Shown here one piece after another: positions 24,701-36,593 of a stretch of DNA of 64,000 bases. The stretch covers positions 544,406 to 608,405 of the forward strand of contig NW_024881729.1 of NCBI RefSeq assembly GCF_019059575.1. The letters run 5' to 3'. The notes below the pieces were generated by a model, which saw only the letters and a list, made by a program, of their open reading frames with translations, was not told the DNA's origin and ran no database searches. The position numbers were made by a program, and so were the translations under genes. Origin of the DNA: Amphibalanus amphitrite. Taxonomy: Eukaryota. Numbering within the stretch: position 1 is the first letter of the stretch; each line of letters opens with the position of its first letter.

Positions 24701-26600
24701 CTAAGTCTCTATAAAATTATCTTTAATCTGACCGTTGCACAAGGAAATTGACCGTCGAATGATATTTTTAATGATTTTTTGAAATGACGGAATGGTGAAA
24801 ACATGGGTTATACTACATTTAACTTGCAATTTTAAGGAAAATGAAGCGTTTTTTACATTTTGAGGTCAAGTACAATAATTTTCGCCTGGTTATGAAGTTT
24901 CATACTAGCGACACCAGATGCTGACATATGCAAGCGAACACGCGGACAGTCCCGAGGTAATATTGTTGACTTTTGGTGTCGGGGCGCACGACCGCGTGGA
25001 ACGTCAGTGATTTTACCGAACTACTGTTGTAAACTCGGTTTCAGTGGTTTAAAATTATTCAGCTGTATTTTATCATCCCGGAAAGACATATTTTATTTGG
25101 ATGCTAGCTGTTAAAGGGACCCTCCCACCTTTAAAAAAGTTTATGAATTGGCATGAAAGTGATGTCGCTCGGTTCAGAAAGAGCGAAAACGAATATCTAC
25201 CAAATTTCACCGAAAAATATTCACCGGTTTTGAAGATATTAGACTTTTACTTTTGTTTACTTTTTGGGATCTCCGCTGTTCCTAGCGACTTTATTTAAAA
25301 GTGCGGCATTTGTTGCGCGCAACGCAGCATATACCACCGCGTGCTACAAAACGTTTTAGTCAAACATTTAACGGACGTTCGAAAGCCTGATGACGTCATC
25401 AGATTTAAGTGCCTATACCAATACATTGTGGCACTTATTTGCACAGATGTCAAAATCAAACTCAAATTTCTTTGCGATGAAGTAATTGCTGGAGAAACGG
25501 TTTTCACGGCACTGATTTTCAAAGAACGTCCATCAAGATGGCTATCTCAACTCAAATCTAATGTTAAGGTGGGACAGTCCCTTTAAGCGTTGTTTTATAA
25601 GGAGCGTCATGAGCGTGATTTTTGTCTTCCGTGTTTCTAAGCACGATCGTTTTGGGGGAATTTCTCTTATATAGGTCGCTTTGTGTGGCTTATTTATAAT
25701 TTTTATGCTGATCTCGATCATTCCTCGTGCCCATCCTACCAGGCCTTTTGCCACTTACACCCATCAAGAAAGGAAAAAACTAGATTTTCATTGGGACTAG
25801 GTGTTTTGAGGGTGTAACATATTCAGCGTTCCCATTTTTGGATACTTCCTTGTGCTCGTCAACTATCGGTGATAAACAGACAGGTGCTTGACATGTCTCC
25901 ACCCTCGGCGCGGACGGTGGATATAGGTATGGAAGACCTTGTTGAACATCGCTGAGCGTTGTGAACTACGTAATCCTGCAGAGGGGGGCGTGCCCGCTGC
26001 GAGATCGACGGGAATAAAAGCGCAGAAGACCGGGCGTAACATGCGACGGTCTTGCCGGAAAGGTCATCTGATGATTGTTGCGTTAACAATAATTTGCGGC
26101 GTTGGACGTGATGCTTGTTAATGAAAAGAGCCCCTGAAAGGCGTCGGTGAAATCGTTCCCAATTTTGGGTACGCCGTTCCCATAATAAGGAACGCTTGCA
26201 GCGCCAGTGTACGAGAGCGTTCCCAAATTTGGGCTCGCGGCCCGGATGATGGACTGCTTTAGAAATAGGGGAACGATTTGAAACTACGATGGGCCTTACA
26301 ATATCAAACTCTTTCCCAACAATATTGGGACAAATATCAGGCGGTTCACGATCGTTTTTTTTTTTTTTTGGACGTCATTTAACGGTTCTTTTTCTTGTTT
26401 TAAATAATGCCTACATGGCGTTCCCATATTTGGGTTTATCGTTCCCAAACATGGGAACGAAAATGCGTTCCCGAAAATGGGTACGCTTGACCATAGTTCC
26501 GCCTACTGGGTTTGTAGGTTGTAGGCTGGTTGGTTCAAAGTGTGTAGGCTGGTAGGTTGTAGGTAAGTAGGTAAGGCTAGGTCAGGTTAGATTATGTGTT
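21780..26600. mobile_element. Candidate larger element enclosing the foldback. Long inverted termini (about 21795-21960 versus 26400-26560) are built from palindromic GTTCCCAnnnnTGGGAAC motifs and carry (GTAGGT)n at the outer ends
   Basis: Left GGGTTCAGTAGGTGGAACTATGGTCATGAGTACCCAAATATAGGAACGTTCCCATTTTTGGGAACG.. matches the reverse complement of right ..CGTTCCCAAACATGGGAACG..GACCATAGTTCCGCCTACTGGGTTTG. More motif copies lie at 25831-25850 and 26140-26235. Confidence 0.4.
22038..24692. mobile_element. Foldback-type element: a 2.65-kb near-perfect palindrome whose arms begin with tandem arrays (about 600 bp) of a degenerate 14-18-bp unit (CTTCGTCCGCAAAT-like), followed by inner unique sequence and a second, smaller palindrome around the centre (about 23190-23560)
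   Basis: The left arm 22038-23390 is the reverse complement of the right arm 23410-24692. The track ORFs 22021..22626 and 24087..24677, and their antisense partners, are simply translations of the arrays. Confidence 0.7.
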
Positions 26601-26625
26601 TTACTCTAACTTCATCTACACATTT

Positions 26626-27600
26626 AGCTGTTAGTGGTGATGGTGGGGCTCTGTCCTGGGGCCCTTACTCTTCCTGGTGTATATCAATATTAATAGTGTG
26701 GCGTCCACCCTCAAGTGCCAATACAAAATTTTCACTGACGACCTCAAGATTTACGCATGCGTGAATCATACACGACTGTCTGAGACGCCAGCGGTATCCC
26801 ACCAATGTGTCCAGGATGACATCAACTCACTCCACGACACTGCTCTATCTTGGGGTCTTCATATGAATGTCTCAAAATGTGCAGTCCTTAGTTTTTCTAG
26901 GAGGCGCAATAGCGATGCTCCAGCTTACTTCTTGAATGGCAGAGAAATCCCTCGGGCCAATTCAGCTAAAGATTTGGGAGTCACGGTCGATACTGATTTG
27001 AAATTTCACACCCATATTCAAAACGTGTGCCACAAAGCTGGCGGTCTTGCTCAGAACTTTCTCAGATCAACGGTAAGCCGCTCTCCGGAGTTTATGTTGT
27101 TTTTGCTCAAAACACACATCCGACCTATCTTAGACTATTGTTCAAGCCTTTGGAACACAGGTTACCTGCAGGACCTCCGGCTACTGGAAAGGGTGCAGCG
27201 ACGCTGGACTAAACGGATCTCTGGACTTGAAACTCTCAGTTATGCTAATCGTCTCCAGTCATTGCAATTGTACTCTGTCCAGGGCAGACTGAAGCGGGCC
27301 GATCTTCTCCTGTGCTGGAAAATCTTCCATGGACAGTCCTTCATCTCTCCAGATGATCTTTTCCTTACCACTCCCTTGAACCGCACCAGAGGCCATAGTT
27401 TCAAGATTCATCGCACACACGGTAACACGTCCACCAGACAACGTTTTTTCTCAGTGAGGGTGATTGATACGTGGAACTCGCTGCCAGATTATGTGGTGAA
27501 TGCCCAAAGTATACAGAACTTTAAAAAAATGTTGGATGCCTGCATTCCAGATGTACTGTTTTCTTACGTTGACTGAATCATGCCATGTTGTGACTATGTA
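26626..27600 (+). mobile_element. 5'-truncated LINE fragment (CR1/L2/RTE-like RT C-terminal half)
   Basis: ..LGPLLFLVYIN.., FTDDLKIY, KCAVLSF, LGVTVDTDLKF, LERVQRRWTKRISGL..SYANRL, and a C-terminal WNSLPDYVV..SIQNFKKMLD. Stop at 27576. Confidence 0.7.
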
Positions 27601-30128
27601 CACACATTGTTTTCTTTTGTAATTGTGTAACCTAACAATGTAACTAGGCATAACTCCAGAAAGCCTGACAATGTTTTGGTAATAATGTCACCGGAGGCGC
27701 ACTATACCAGTCATTCTCTTAGCGAATGTTAACATGTGCATTGTTTCCGTTGATGACTGGCGCGTCTCGAGCAGTGTGGGTTCCTCATTTCCTCTCTGAC
27801 TGTCCTTTGAAACCACTCCAAAGATATGCAGGAACCAACGAGAAGAGTAAACGAGGTGAGGGTGACGCCAGCTTTACCGATACCGCATTTTCATTGTGAT
27901 TCATGGTTAATTGGGCTGTTCTGTTGACCACTCTCCAGGGCCCGGGCAGACTGCACCTGCACTGCAAAGTGAGACAACAGAGACAATGACACTCACAAGC
28001 TCATTCGACAAATCTGCACCAGCCCATGCCAAACACCAGAAAGCCACACCAGGCTGTACCCAACAGGACCCATTAATTTTTGCCCCCAAATGCACGAGAT
28101 ATATGCACTTATGATATCAAAACTAGTGCTGCAGAGTTGGAGTCAGAGTCATCAACTGCAGGGTCAGGGATGGCCGCTAGGGGCCGGGGTCTGAGTCAGT
28201 TGGAGTCAGCAGTTTTGCTTTTGCCCAGAGTCAGAGTAAGAGTTTTTGATCTATAATTGATCATTAGAGCCCTACCAATTTTGGAAAAGTGATGCCCGTG
28301 GGCGTGAATGTGCAAGGACAGCAGTTCAGTATAGTGGCACATTGGGGCCAGCTGTACAGCTCCAAGCAAAATCCACACTCCAACATTGGAAATCAGCACA
28401 GCACCATGCACCACCTGTTTGCCTGTGCACTGACAAGATCCTATTAACAATTAACATTGCCATGCTTTGCAGTCTGGATCTGCAGTGCACTGATTAATCT
28501 AAAGTGTATCCTCACACTGTCAATTGCCAATGTCCCTGCTGAACATAGCCCTTATCCCTTACCCTGCCAGCACCCAGCATGCATAATATCACAGCAAGTA
28601 CTGGTTTACACACTGGGGCTCAATGGTATTGGCATTGGTGCACTTGACTCATGAATGCTGACAAGTGACACTAGACAGTTTCATGGCTTCCTGCCAGTGG
28701 GGCAGATTTTGGGGATCCTGTCAGAGTGGAAGATAGCTCTAGTGTAGGGCACTGATTATGTGGAAGCTGATCAAGACCCAAATGGGTCAAGACCCAAATG
28801 GGTTTGTTCTGGTTAGGCATGTAAATCCTCTCTCACATTCCATTTTGGGTGTCCAGCATGAATATGATCATACTGTTTAGCTTCTTTGCCTGGTACTACT
28901 CGAAACTGCAGCCAGCTAGCCGATATCGCCGAAATCGGCTGGGGCTGCTCGGTGGACTCTGCACCGATGGAGCGTTTGGCTCCGTCCTCGCCTCCCGGCC
29001 GCGTATTCGCCAGAAATGGCGTCTCCAATGGTGGGGTGAGGCGTCGCGCGATGCTTTCATAGGAACGGAGCGCTCGCGCGATCCAAAAAGCGAATGTGAA
29101 CAAACCGGGCTGTCACCCGTTGAGCTCAACGCTCCACCAACTGAGCTGCGGGACTGACGTGATTTGAGAAAAAGTATCTGATGCGGGGACGCGATTGGGT
29201 CCTGTTGTCTGCTTCCTGCAATGGGATCTCATTTATCGCTCCTTTAAAAAAAATGAATTTCATATTTTCTCAGAAAGCCCCAAACCTACGAACTCCAATG
29301 TTCAATAGGCGGAGGACGAATAACTTGCCCCGGTGTCGTTGGGGTCAGGTCAGGCCTCAGGGTGGAACGAATGACGTGTGCTGGCTCGGGGACAGGTGGG
29401 ATGGGACGAATGACGCGCCCCAATACTGGCGGGCTTGGACGACTGACGTGTCCCGGGATCGGCTTGGTGGGCCATCATTCAAAGACCAGCAGTATTGCGT
29501 GCGACAGCCTGTAGAGACTAAGATTAGCCATGATAAAAATCAGTTAATGGACCACCCTGCCGGGCTGAAAAAAAATTAACACTTGACTCTTAAGCTTTAG
29601 CTTTGTTATTGATTGTAATATCCTTTTCAGGGAGAGTGTGAACCATCTGGAGATCAACATTCCAGCTGACTGAGGGTGACGATGGCGGTCAACTCAACTC
29701 ACCAAGACCGTAATGTAAGTTTTGTGGTTTTGTGAATGCAGTAATAATTGTTTTGTTGTCTTTCACTATCATATTTTATAAATTGATCCATGCATTTGCA
29801 CTTTTCTCGTTTTGTGAACGACAATTCATTTATACTGCATACTCTGGATTTTTCAAAATGTGGTTTGAGGTTATTCCTCTCACATATGACCAGGAGTTCC
29901 ATTCTGCTTTCAGTGTGAACTTTTTGTAAAAGTCAAACTTAACCCATTCTTCTGCTAATTTTCAAAATTTAATTGCAGTGACTGGCCATAATGAATTAAT
30001 ATTACATACAAATTGCATGTCACTGCCGTTCAGGCAGGATGGTGCCAGGCCAATCTGTGCAGTAGGCAGTGAAGCTGGCTCATCCTCAGTAGCCTATTTA
30101 CCATTCAGTTCCATGTCCCCGCCTCCAG

Positions 30129-30296
30129 GGTATTGGGGTGCACCGAAGTCTGCAGCGGACCAACTCTGCGCCCAAGGTTGCCATTCCGTTCGTGGTGGCC
30201 GGTGGCCGGCGCCTCGTGAAGGAGCTCCACATCAACTACAACATGCGCGAGGTGCTGGCCGTGCTGGCTGGCGACCTCAACTACCATCCGGATGAT
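30129..30296 (+). CDS. UBL/IQ-domain gene (IQUB-like), first identifiable coding exon (..NSAPKVAIPFVVAGGRRLVKELHINYNMREVLAVLAGDLNYHPDD)
   Basis: CTCCAG acceptor and GTGAGT donor, phase 0. Upstream exons were not identified. Confidence 0.5.
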
Positions 30297-30493
30297 GTGA
30301 GTGGCGTGGGGGCACAGGACGGCGGCTAAACGGGATAAATACAGCCACTGTTCGGTGACAGTCAATGTTACAGTTAAAAATGTTACGATTGTGGTTGTTT
30401 GTGCAATTCTACGTAGACAGTGATGTGAGGTTACTTGTCAGATCGTCTTAGTCTGCTTGTGACCTTCCATCCTCGTTTGTGATTGTCTCACAG

Positions 30494-30671
30494 CTGGAGA
30501 TCTACCTTGGCACGGAGCCGGTCTCGGACAGTCTGGTGCTGGCCGGACTGGACCTCGAACAGCCCGGGTTCGTGCTGAATGTGCTGGAGAGGATCGTGCG
30601 CCGGCGACCGTCCTCGTCTGACGGCCCGGGAGCGGGCGGCGGCGGCGTGCGGACCGTCACCGTGCACACAG
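30494..30671 (+). CDS. IQUB-like, exon (LEIYLGTEPVSDSLVLAGLDLEQPGFVLNVLERIV..; ubiquitin-like fold continues)
   Basis: CTCACAG acceptor; G|GTCGGT donor, phase 1. Confidence 0.5.
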
Positions 30672-31160
30672 GTCGGTCCCCGGAGCTTCCGCCGTGCAGG
30701 TTAGTCACAGTGAGCTGCCTTGTGGAGGGTAGGTCTTAGGGTCCCCTCTCGTAGACTCGGTTGTGAGCTATGTTTTGGGATTAGTCCTTTGTAGTTGCAT
30801 GGTCTTTGCCCAATCTTTTACTACTTTTTGGTAGATCTGCACATGAAATACCGTAGAATTGTACCGTAGAAGCGTGGAGTCATACCGGACACTTCAAGTT
30901 GGTGTCTCAGTCTATTGACCGTTCTAGATGGTTTGATTTGCTCAATTAATGACTAAGCATTCCCCATTCATGCCTCCTGGTAAAGGTAAGCCTTATGCAA
31001 ACGCGAATGTTGTTCATTCATGGTGCTGGCTACTTGGGGTGCCTCTCAACGACAGTTTAATGACACTTCCTAGGGTATCTATACCTTACGAACTGAACCA
31101 ATACCTTGCCCTGAGTTCAGCGTGACATATCTGACCTATTCGCCACTCTGTCCTGTGCAG

Positions 31161-31319
31161 AGGGGGAGGACGGCGGACGGCGGACCATTTCGGTGGCTAT
31201 CGAGCCGGGAGACGGCGAGAAACCGTTCTTAGGCGGATACCGGGACAAACGGGACGGCACCGAGTACCTGCACGCCACCGCGCAGACCTACACTCGGCCC
31301 TTCAGAAACTACGCCTATG
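31161..31319 (+). CDS. IQUB-like, exon (EGEDGGRRTISVAIEPGDGEKPFLGGYRDKRDGTEYLHATAQTYTRPFRNYAY)
   Basis: CTGTGCAG acceptor; G|GTGAGT donor. The phase joins the previous exon. Confidence 0.55.
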
Positions 31320-31709
31320 GTGAGTCTTTCAGTTCGGAGCAGCGCGGAGTGCCGCGGACTCTACCGGCAGCTACGTTGAAGTTATGCTTATCGCGTGTTA
31401 AACCGTCGGTGGCCCGTGTCCCTGACTGGTTCCCACTATCCGTGTCTTTAACCCTCTGTGAACCTCGTGCTAGACTGTGATCCGTGTTCAGGACCGTGTC
31501 CGTGCCATTTTTCTGTGATCCGCGTCTGTGACCGTTGTCCGTGAACCATGTGCTATCGTGATCTTTGACCCATATTCTCGAAATCTCGACCCAACGGGCC
31601 TGTCCTCGACCCACGCCTGTTCGCAACTCGTGTCAGGTCGTGAATTGTCAGCGCCATTGATCTTAACCGTCCGTTCGTCCAGAGCGCCACGAGCGGGACG
31701 CGCAGACAG

Positions 31710-31864
31710 CATGGGGCCTGCCGGCGGCCGTGCAGACGAACCGCGACACGTGCACCCAGATGCCCAAACCGGGTGTGTGGCAGGACCACCGGCGCGAGCG
31801 GGTGCTGTCCTACAGCGGCGCCTACCAGACGGCTGACGAACTGCTCCAGCTGCGAACCGATAAG
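31710..31864 (+). CDS. IQUB-like, exon (..QTNRDTCTQMPKPGVWQDHRRERVLSYSGAYQTADELLQLRTDK; acceptor position uncertain)
   Basis: AAG|GTGAGA donor at 31865. The only phase-compatible acceptor is GACAG at 31709, which is a weak site. Confidence 0.35.
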
Positions 31865-32301
31865 GTGAGAGCGGCGCCGCGCTGGGTCTTGCACTGGCGG
31901 CATGCTCACAAACAGTATTACAGCCATGGTGTGGGATTTTGGAAATTATAACTAGCTTCGCTATGTTTAACCATTCATAAACAATCAAGTACCCTCACAT
32001 ATTTCGCTTAGCTTGTAAAAATAATTTATTTTGACACTTGACAGTGGTCTGGTCCATATCAGCGACAATCTGTGCCTCTCGCTGATATGCCGTGCCCCCC
32101 CCCCCCCCCCCACACGCACCAACAGTCTTCCCCTCGCCCTCACAGGTAGTCGTTCCTCACAAGCACTGGCGTCGCTGGCTGGCCCGTGTGACTGTCTCCC
32201 CGCGTCTGACTATGCTCCCGCTGTCTCTGCAGGCGATCGTTCTGCAGAAGTACTGGCGTCGTTTGTTGGGCTGTGTGTCTCTCCCACAGACAGGCCCCAA
32301 T

Positions 32302-34073
32302 CCGACGACCAAATCCGACACCTCGGGACGAAGAAGGCGCCAGGACCGGACCGGGTATGCACCGAACACCTGCGGCACTTCGGACCGACGGCCTACCGGA
32401 CCCTTCTGGCACTCATCAACAGATCGTGGTCCAACCTCGAGACGCCCGCCTCATGGCGACGGGCGACCATCATCCCTATCTTTAAGGCCGGCAAAGACCC
32501 CAAACAAGTGGGCAGCTACCGCCCGATCGCGCTCACGAGTCACATCGCCAAGCTAGCGGAGCGGATGATCGCGGCCCGGACGACCTACCTCATCGAGCGA
32601 GACCGACTGGTGCCCCCCGAACAGGTCGGGTTCCGCCGCGGGAGGTCGGCGGAGGACAGTCTGGCCCGCTTGGTCCAAACGGTTCAAGATGGCTGGAATC
32701 GCCCCAAGCCGAGACGAGGCCCGGAGGATGGCGTGACGGCGGACCGCTTTGTCCTCCTGGCGTTCGACTTCTCCCGTGCCTATGACACGATCGATCACCG
32801 GATGTTGCACCTGAAGCTCCTCAAGCTCCTCCCCAGATGTCTCGCGACCTGGAAATTCCGGTTCCTTCGCGGCAGGCGGGCCCGCGTAGAGGTCAACGGC
32901 GCGCACAGCAGCGAGCGCGTGTTCCGCGCGGGCCTGCCGCAGGGCTCGGTCCTGGCACCGACCATCTACACGCTCTGGGCGGCGGACCTTATCGAGACCC
33001 TGCGGAACGCCTCGGACCGCACGGACGTCCTGATGTATGCGGACGACAGGGCCACACTGAGCGCTGGAGCCACCGTAGAGCTTGCGGTGGCTCGCGCCCA
33101 GAAGTCGGCCGACGCCCTGGCCCGATGGGCAAGGCACTGGAAGATGTCCATCGCCGGACAGAAGACCCAGGCGCTGCTGCTGACTCAGCGGAGCAGGGAC
33201 GAGCGCGGCGTGCAACTCCTGGCGAACGGCACGCAGGTCACCGGTGGCACCAGCCTACATCTTCTGGGGGTGACCTTCGACAGACTTCTACACTTTAAAG
33301 ACCACTGCGACTCTCTGCTGCGGCGGAAGGTCCGGCCGCGGACGGCACAGCTGCGGAGGATGACCGGCCGGGCCTGGGGTCTCCGCGAGGCGCAGCTCAG
33401 GACAGTCGCGAACGGGTATGTCCGGGGAGCCCTTGAATACGCAGCGGGTGCCTGGCTCCCGGCCGCGTCCCCGTCACACGTTCAGCTGGTGGAGCGCGAG
33501 CTGCTGGCGGCAGCCCGGGTGGTGACCGGATGCCCAAGGTCCACCCCCAGGGATCCCCTGCTGGCCGAGGCTGGCATCCCTTCAGCATGGTCCACCAGGA
33601 AGACGCTGGCCGCGCGAACGCTCTGCCGAGCGCTCGCCCTGCCGGAGGACGACCCTCTTCGCCGCGTCGCGGAGGCCGACCCACCCACTCGACTGCGGTC
33701 TACCACCGGCTGGCGACAACTGGGGCGATCGGCGCTGATCGAGGCGGGCGCCGAGGGAGTGACGGTGGAGCCGCGCCTCGAGGTTCCCCTCCTCCCGTGG
33801 ACAACCTGCCGCCCGATCGCCTTCAATCTGGACGTGGGACCCGGCGGTCGTCGAGCCTCCTCCAACGAGACGCGACGAGAGGCCGCGCGGCAGCACCTGG
33901 CGGCGCTCCCAGCCCAGGCCACGTGGATTTGGTCCGACGGCTCTGCGGACGCTGGGGTCAGGCGAGGCGAGGGGGCGGCGCCATCATCTTTACCGCGTCG
34001 GGGGAGACTCTCGAGGTTGAGGTGGTGGCGGGAGACCTCTGCTCCAGCACCCGTGCGGAGCTGTTCGCCCTGA
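32302..34073 (+). pseudogene. LINE RT-domain reading frame (frameshifted relative to the downstream RNase H/CCHC part at 33957-34801)
   Basis: The two overlapping track ORFs (680 aa and 423 aa) together cover RT, RNase H and the zinc finger. Confidence 0.6.
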
Positions 34074-34837
34074 GGGCGGCGCTGGAGCGGGTCCGGGATG
34101 AGCCGTCCCCCGCCCCGCTGGTGGCGTGCTCTGACTCACGAGCCGCCCTGAGCCTCCTCAGCGCGGGAGCGGCCGCCCAGACCTCCACTTTCGGCGCGGC
34201 GATCTGGAGGACGCTGCTGGACATTGCCGAGCGCCGGCAGGTGACCCTGCAGTGGGTCCCTGCTCACTGCGGGCTGGCGGAGAACGAGCGCGCTGACGCC
34301 CTGGCCAAGCAAGCGGCCACCCTGCCCCAGGGCGCCGTGCCCTCGGACGCTCGGCCCCTGACACGGGCAGTTCATCGGACGACCACACGTCAGTGGCGCG
34401 AAAACTGGCCCGACTCCTTTTTCAAGGCTATCTTCGGGAGCACCCTGCCGCTCCCCATCCCCGGAGAGGACCGAGAGGCCGCCATCTCGGTGCACCAGTG
34501 GAGGGTGGGCCACTGGGGCCGCTCGCTCCAATACCTGCACCGGATCGGCCGCCACCCCTCCGTGGCATGCCTGCAGTGCCCCGATAAGCGGTGCCCCACG
34601 GCGCTCTGCGCCGTGTGCCGGGAAGAGGCGGACGTGCCGGAGCACGTGTTGCTCCGCTGCCCGGCCCTCGCTGGCGCCCGCCTGCGGCTAACTGGCAGCA
34701 TTCACGTCGACCCGTCGCGGCTGCGGGACGCCGACCTGGTGGCTGCCTTGGAGGCCGGCTACCTTCGCCATAGGGAGCCTCTCGGCTATGGTCCTCCGTA
34801 AGGAGGTCCCAGGGGGAACAACAACAACAACAACAAT
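32302..34837 (+). mobile_element. 5'-truncated non-LTR retrotransposon (LINE) with RT, RNase H and a C-terminal CCHC; I/R1/LOA-type domain order; frameshifted
   Basis: RT motifs KAPGPD, FDFSRAYDTIDH and YADD. The RNase H block (TRAELFALRAALE) is in a different frame after a roughly 1-nt indel near 33960-33980. CCHC is CLQCPDKRCP..C..C. A (CAA)6 tail sits at 34819-34836. A 10-bp target-site duplication AGGCCCCAAT lies at 32292-32301 and 34838-34847. Confidence 0.75.
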
Positions 34838-34959
34838 AGGCCCCAATTGTCTGACGATGTTCCCTCTCCACCACAGGCGATCGTTCTACAAAAATACTGG
34901 CGCCGCTGGTTGGCCCGTGTTACTCCCCTGTCTGACGATATTCACGCTCTCCACCACAG

Positions 34960-35079
34960 GCGATTCTTCTACAGAAGTACTGGCGCCGCTGGCTGGCCCG
35001 TCGCCGGGTACAGCGGATGGCCAGGGAGCGGGATGTCGTGCTCCAGTGGATTGTGGACGACGCAGAACGGCGCAAACAG
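34960..35079 (+). CDS. IQUB-like, IQ-motif exon (AILLQKYWRRWLARRRVQRMARERDVVLQWIVDDAERRKQ)
   Basis: CCACAG acceptor; CAG|GTCAGA donor, phase 0. It matches the IQ consensus and is the last member of a tandem array of degenerate copies. Confidence 0.6.
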
Positions 35080-35322
35080 GTCAGATACGGGTCATTGGGT
35101 CATCGGAGGTCACCAGAGACTCCGGAGTGCGGCATTGCAACGTTAGTCGAGTGACCAACGCTCACACTGAACACTAATTGACCTATCTTAGATTTAGTGT
35201 TGTTAATGTTTTCTTTGTAGCTTATCTCTCTCATGGCGATCATTTCCTCCTCTTATCTGCAGCTGTTGCTGTAATTCTGTTCGTTATTGCCGACGCTGAC
35301 CTGTATTCGGCCTGGGTCCCAG

Positions 35323-35589
35323 GCTCGGCTGAAGCGTCGCGCCGGAGTCGTCGAGCGGAAGATGGACCCCAAGAGCAAGAACGACTTCGACATTCTGTTC
35401 AGCTCGCTGGAGGCCTGGCGGAAGAAGGCCATCGCCTACTGTTACTCCACCAAGTCGGGTGGTGAGCTGAAGGCGGCGCTGTGTCAGCTGCTGGAACAGG
35501 AGGCGGAGATGCTGAAGGCCATCAACGGCCATCAGAGCCGCGCGGCCGCCTGCGGACAGGCCAAACGCATACACCGGCTGCTGGAGAAG
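35323..35589 (+). CDS. IQUB-like, exon (ARLKRRAGVVERKMDPKSKNDFDILFSSLEAWRKKAIAYCYSTKSGGELKAALCQLLEQEAEMLKAING..)
   Basis: CCCAG acceptor; AAG|GTACGT donor, phase 0. Confidence 0.6.
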
Positions 35590-35901
35590 GTACGTGAAGT
35601 TTGGATTGGTCTAATAGGTACTATGATTGAACTCAACATGTAATGATATTTCAGATCAACGCTCTTGGTTCGGGAAAATAGTTATCGAATCATAAGTCGA
35701 CGTTGCATGGACACTTTTGAATGGCACTGCCTACCACAGGCCGGCTCGTCAAATCAAACTTGCATTGCGTCGTTTAAAGCAGGGTCAGGCATACGTACTT
35801 TGTGTTGCTGCCTACTCCTCTCTATGACAGCGAGTCGCCTATGCTGTGCCTGTATCAGCAGTTACACTGTGTCTAAGCCCTTTACTCCCCTCTCTTGACA
35901 G

Positions 35902-36066
35902 ACGCAGGCACCTCTGCGCTGGAAGGGCCGTGACGGCGAGCCCATTTCGGTGGACAACTCAGTGACGCTGTGGGCGCGTCAGCTGCGCGACATTCACACC
36001 TCGCTGACCCTGCCCGGGCTGAGCGCCGACGAGCGGTCAGACATCTTGGCCACGCTGGCCGACCTG
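35902..36066 (+). CDS. IQUB-like, exon (TQAPLRWKGRDGEPISVDNSVTLWARQLRDIHTSLTLPGLSADERSDILATLADL)
   Basis: TTGACAG acceptor; CTG|GTGAGA donor. Confidence 0.6.
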
Positions 36067-36407
36067 GTGAGACTGGATCGGACTTGGGAGGGTGAGAAAA
36101 TCAGCGCACGATTACGTGTATTTTGCGCAATCATGTGACAGGTGTCAATACGTTGAGTTATGGAAGTTGTCAGGTTTTGGGGGGTGGGACCATATGGTGG
36201 GCATCTTTTTGTTAAAATGTGTTGTTTCGGTTACCGTGAGCACTGTTGAATCTGTTTTGGTGTTCATATTATAAGAGGAGTAATACGTTATCATGCGGAG
36301 TGAGTTTGGTAACCATCATTTTATTCGGTCGATTGTTAGCCAGTCAGATGTGCGACATATCCGCGCTTCTCCCTCCTATTCGGCTTCTAACGCCCATCCG
36401 TCCGCAG

Positions 36408-36593
36408 ATCGCCGGCCTGCCGTTCTCGGCCGATAACCACGAGCTGCGGGACCTCTGTAAGCGCGAGATGGACCTGCTGTCGCGCGGGGTGACGCCGCGG
36501 CACCTGGCCGGCCTGAGACACCGCTCCCTGCAGCTCTTCTGGCGACTGCTGAGGGATGTCAACTTCAACCCGGCCTCGGCCAAATGCCAGAAG
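36408..36593 (+). CDS. IQUB-like, exon (IAGLPFSADNHELRDLCKREMDLLSRGVTPRHLAGLRHRSLQLFWRLLRDVNFNPASAKCQK)
   Basis: CCGCAG acceptor; AAG|GTGCGT donor. Confidence 0.6.

Noticed and set aside
22021-24714. Multiple 80-200-aa ORFs on both strands (..FADEDLRTKICGRR.., ..FVRKSSSAHIFV..) that superficially look like a repetitive protein, and a CRISPR-like regular spacing of short direct repeats
   Set aside because: They are translations of the degenerate 14-18-bp tandem arrays forming the arms of a palindrome. Both strands and several frames stay open only because of the periodicity. This is eukaryotic sequence with no spacer uniqueness and no cas context.
25101-25586. Two adjacent 65-81-aa ORFs inside the candidate composite element (..KPDDVIRFKCLYQYIVALICTDVKIKLK..)
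   Set aside because: Too short, with no recognisable transposase motif. I kept them only as a note under the element.
29330-29480. Three tandem copies of GG(G/A)ACGA(A/C)TGACG(T/C)G, about 45 bp apart
   Set aside because: A short local minisatellite with no further structure; noted only.
32031-32301. The N-terminal 90 aa of the 680-aa 'RT' ORF
   Set aside because: This part lies upstream of the LINE 5' junction and target-site duplication. It is a read-through translation of host intron and IQ pseudo-exon sequence, not part of the element.
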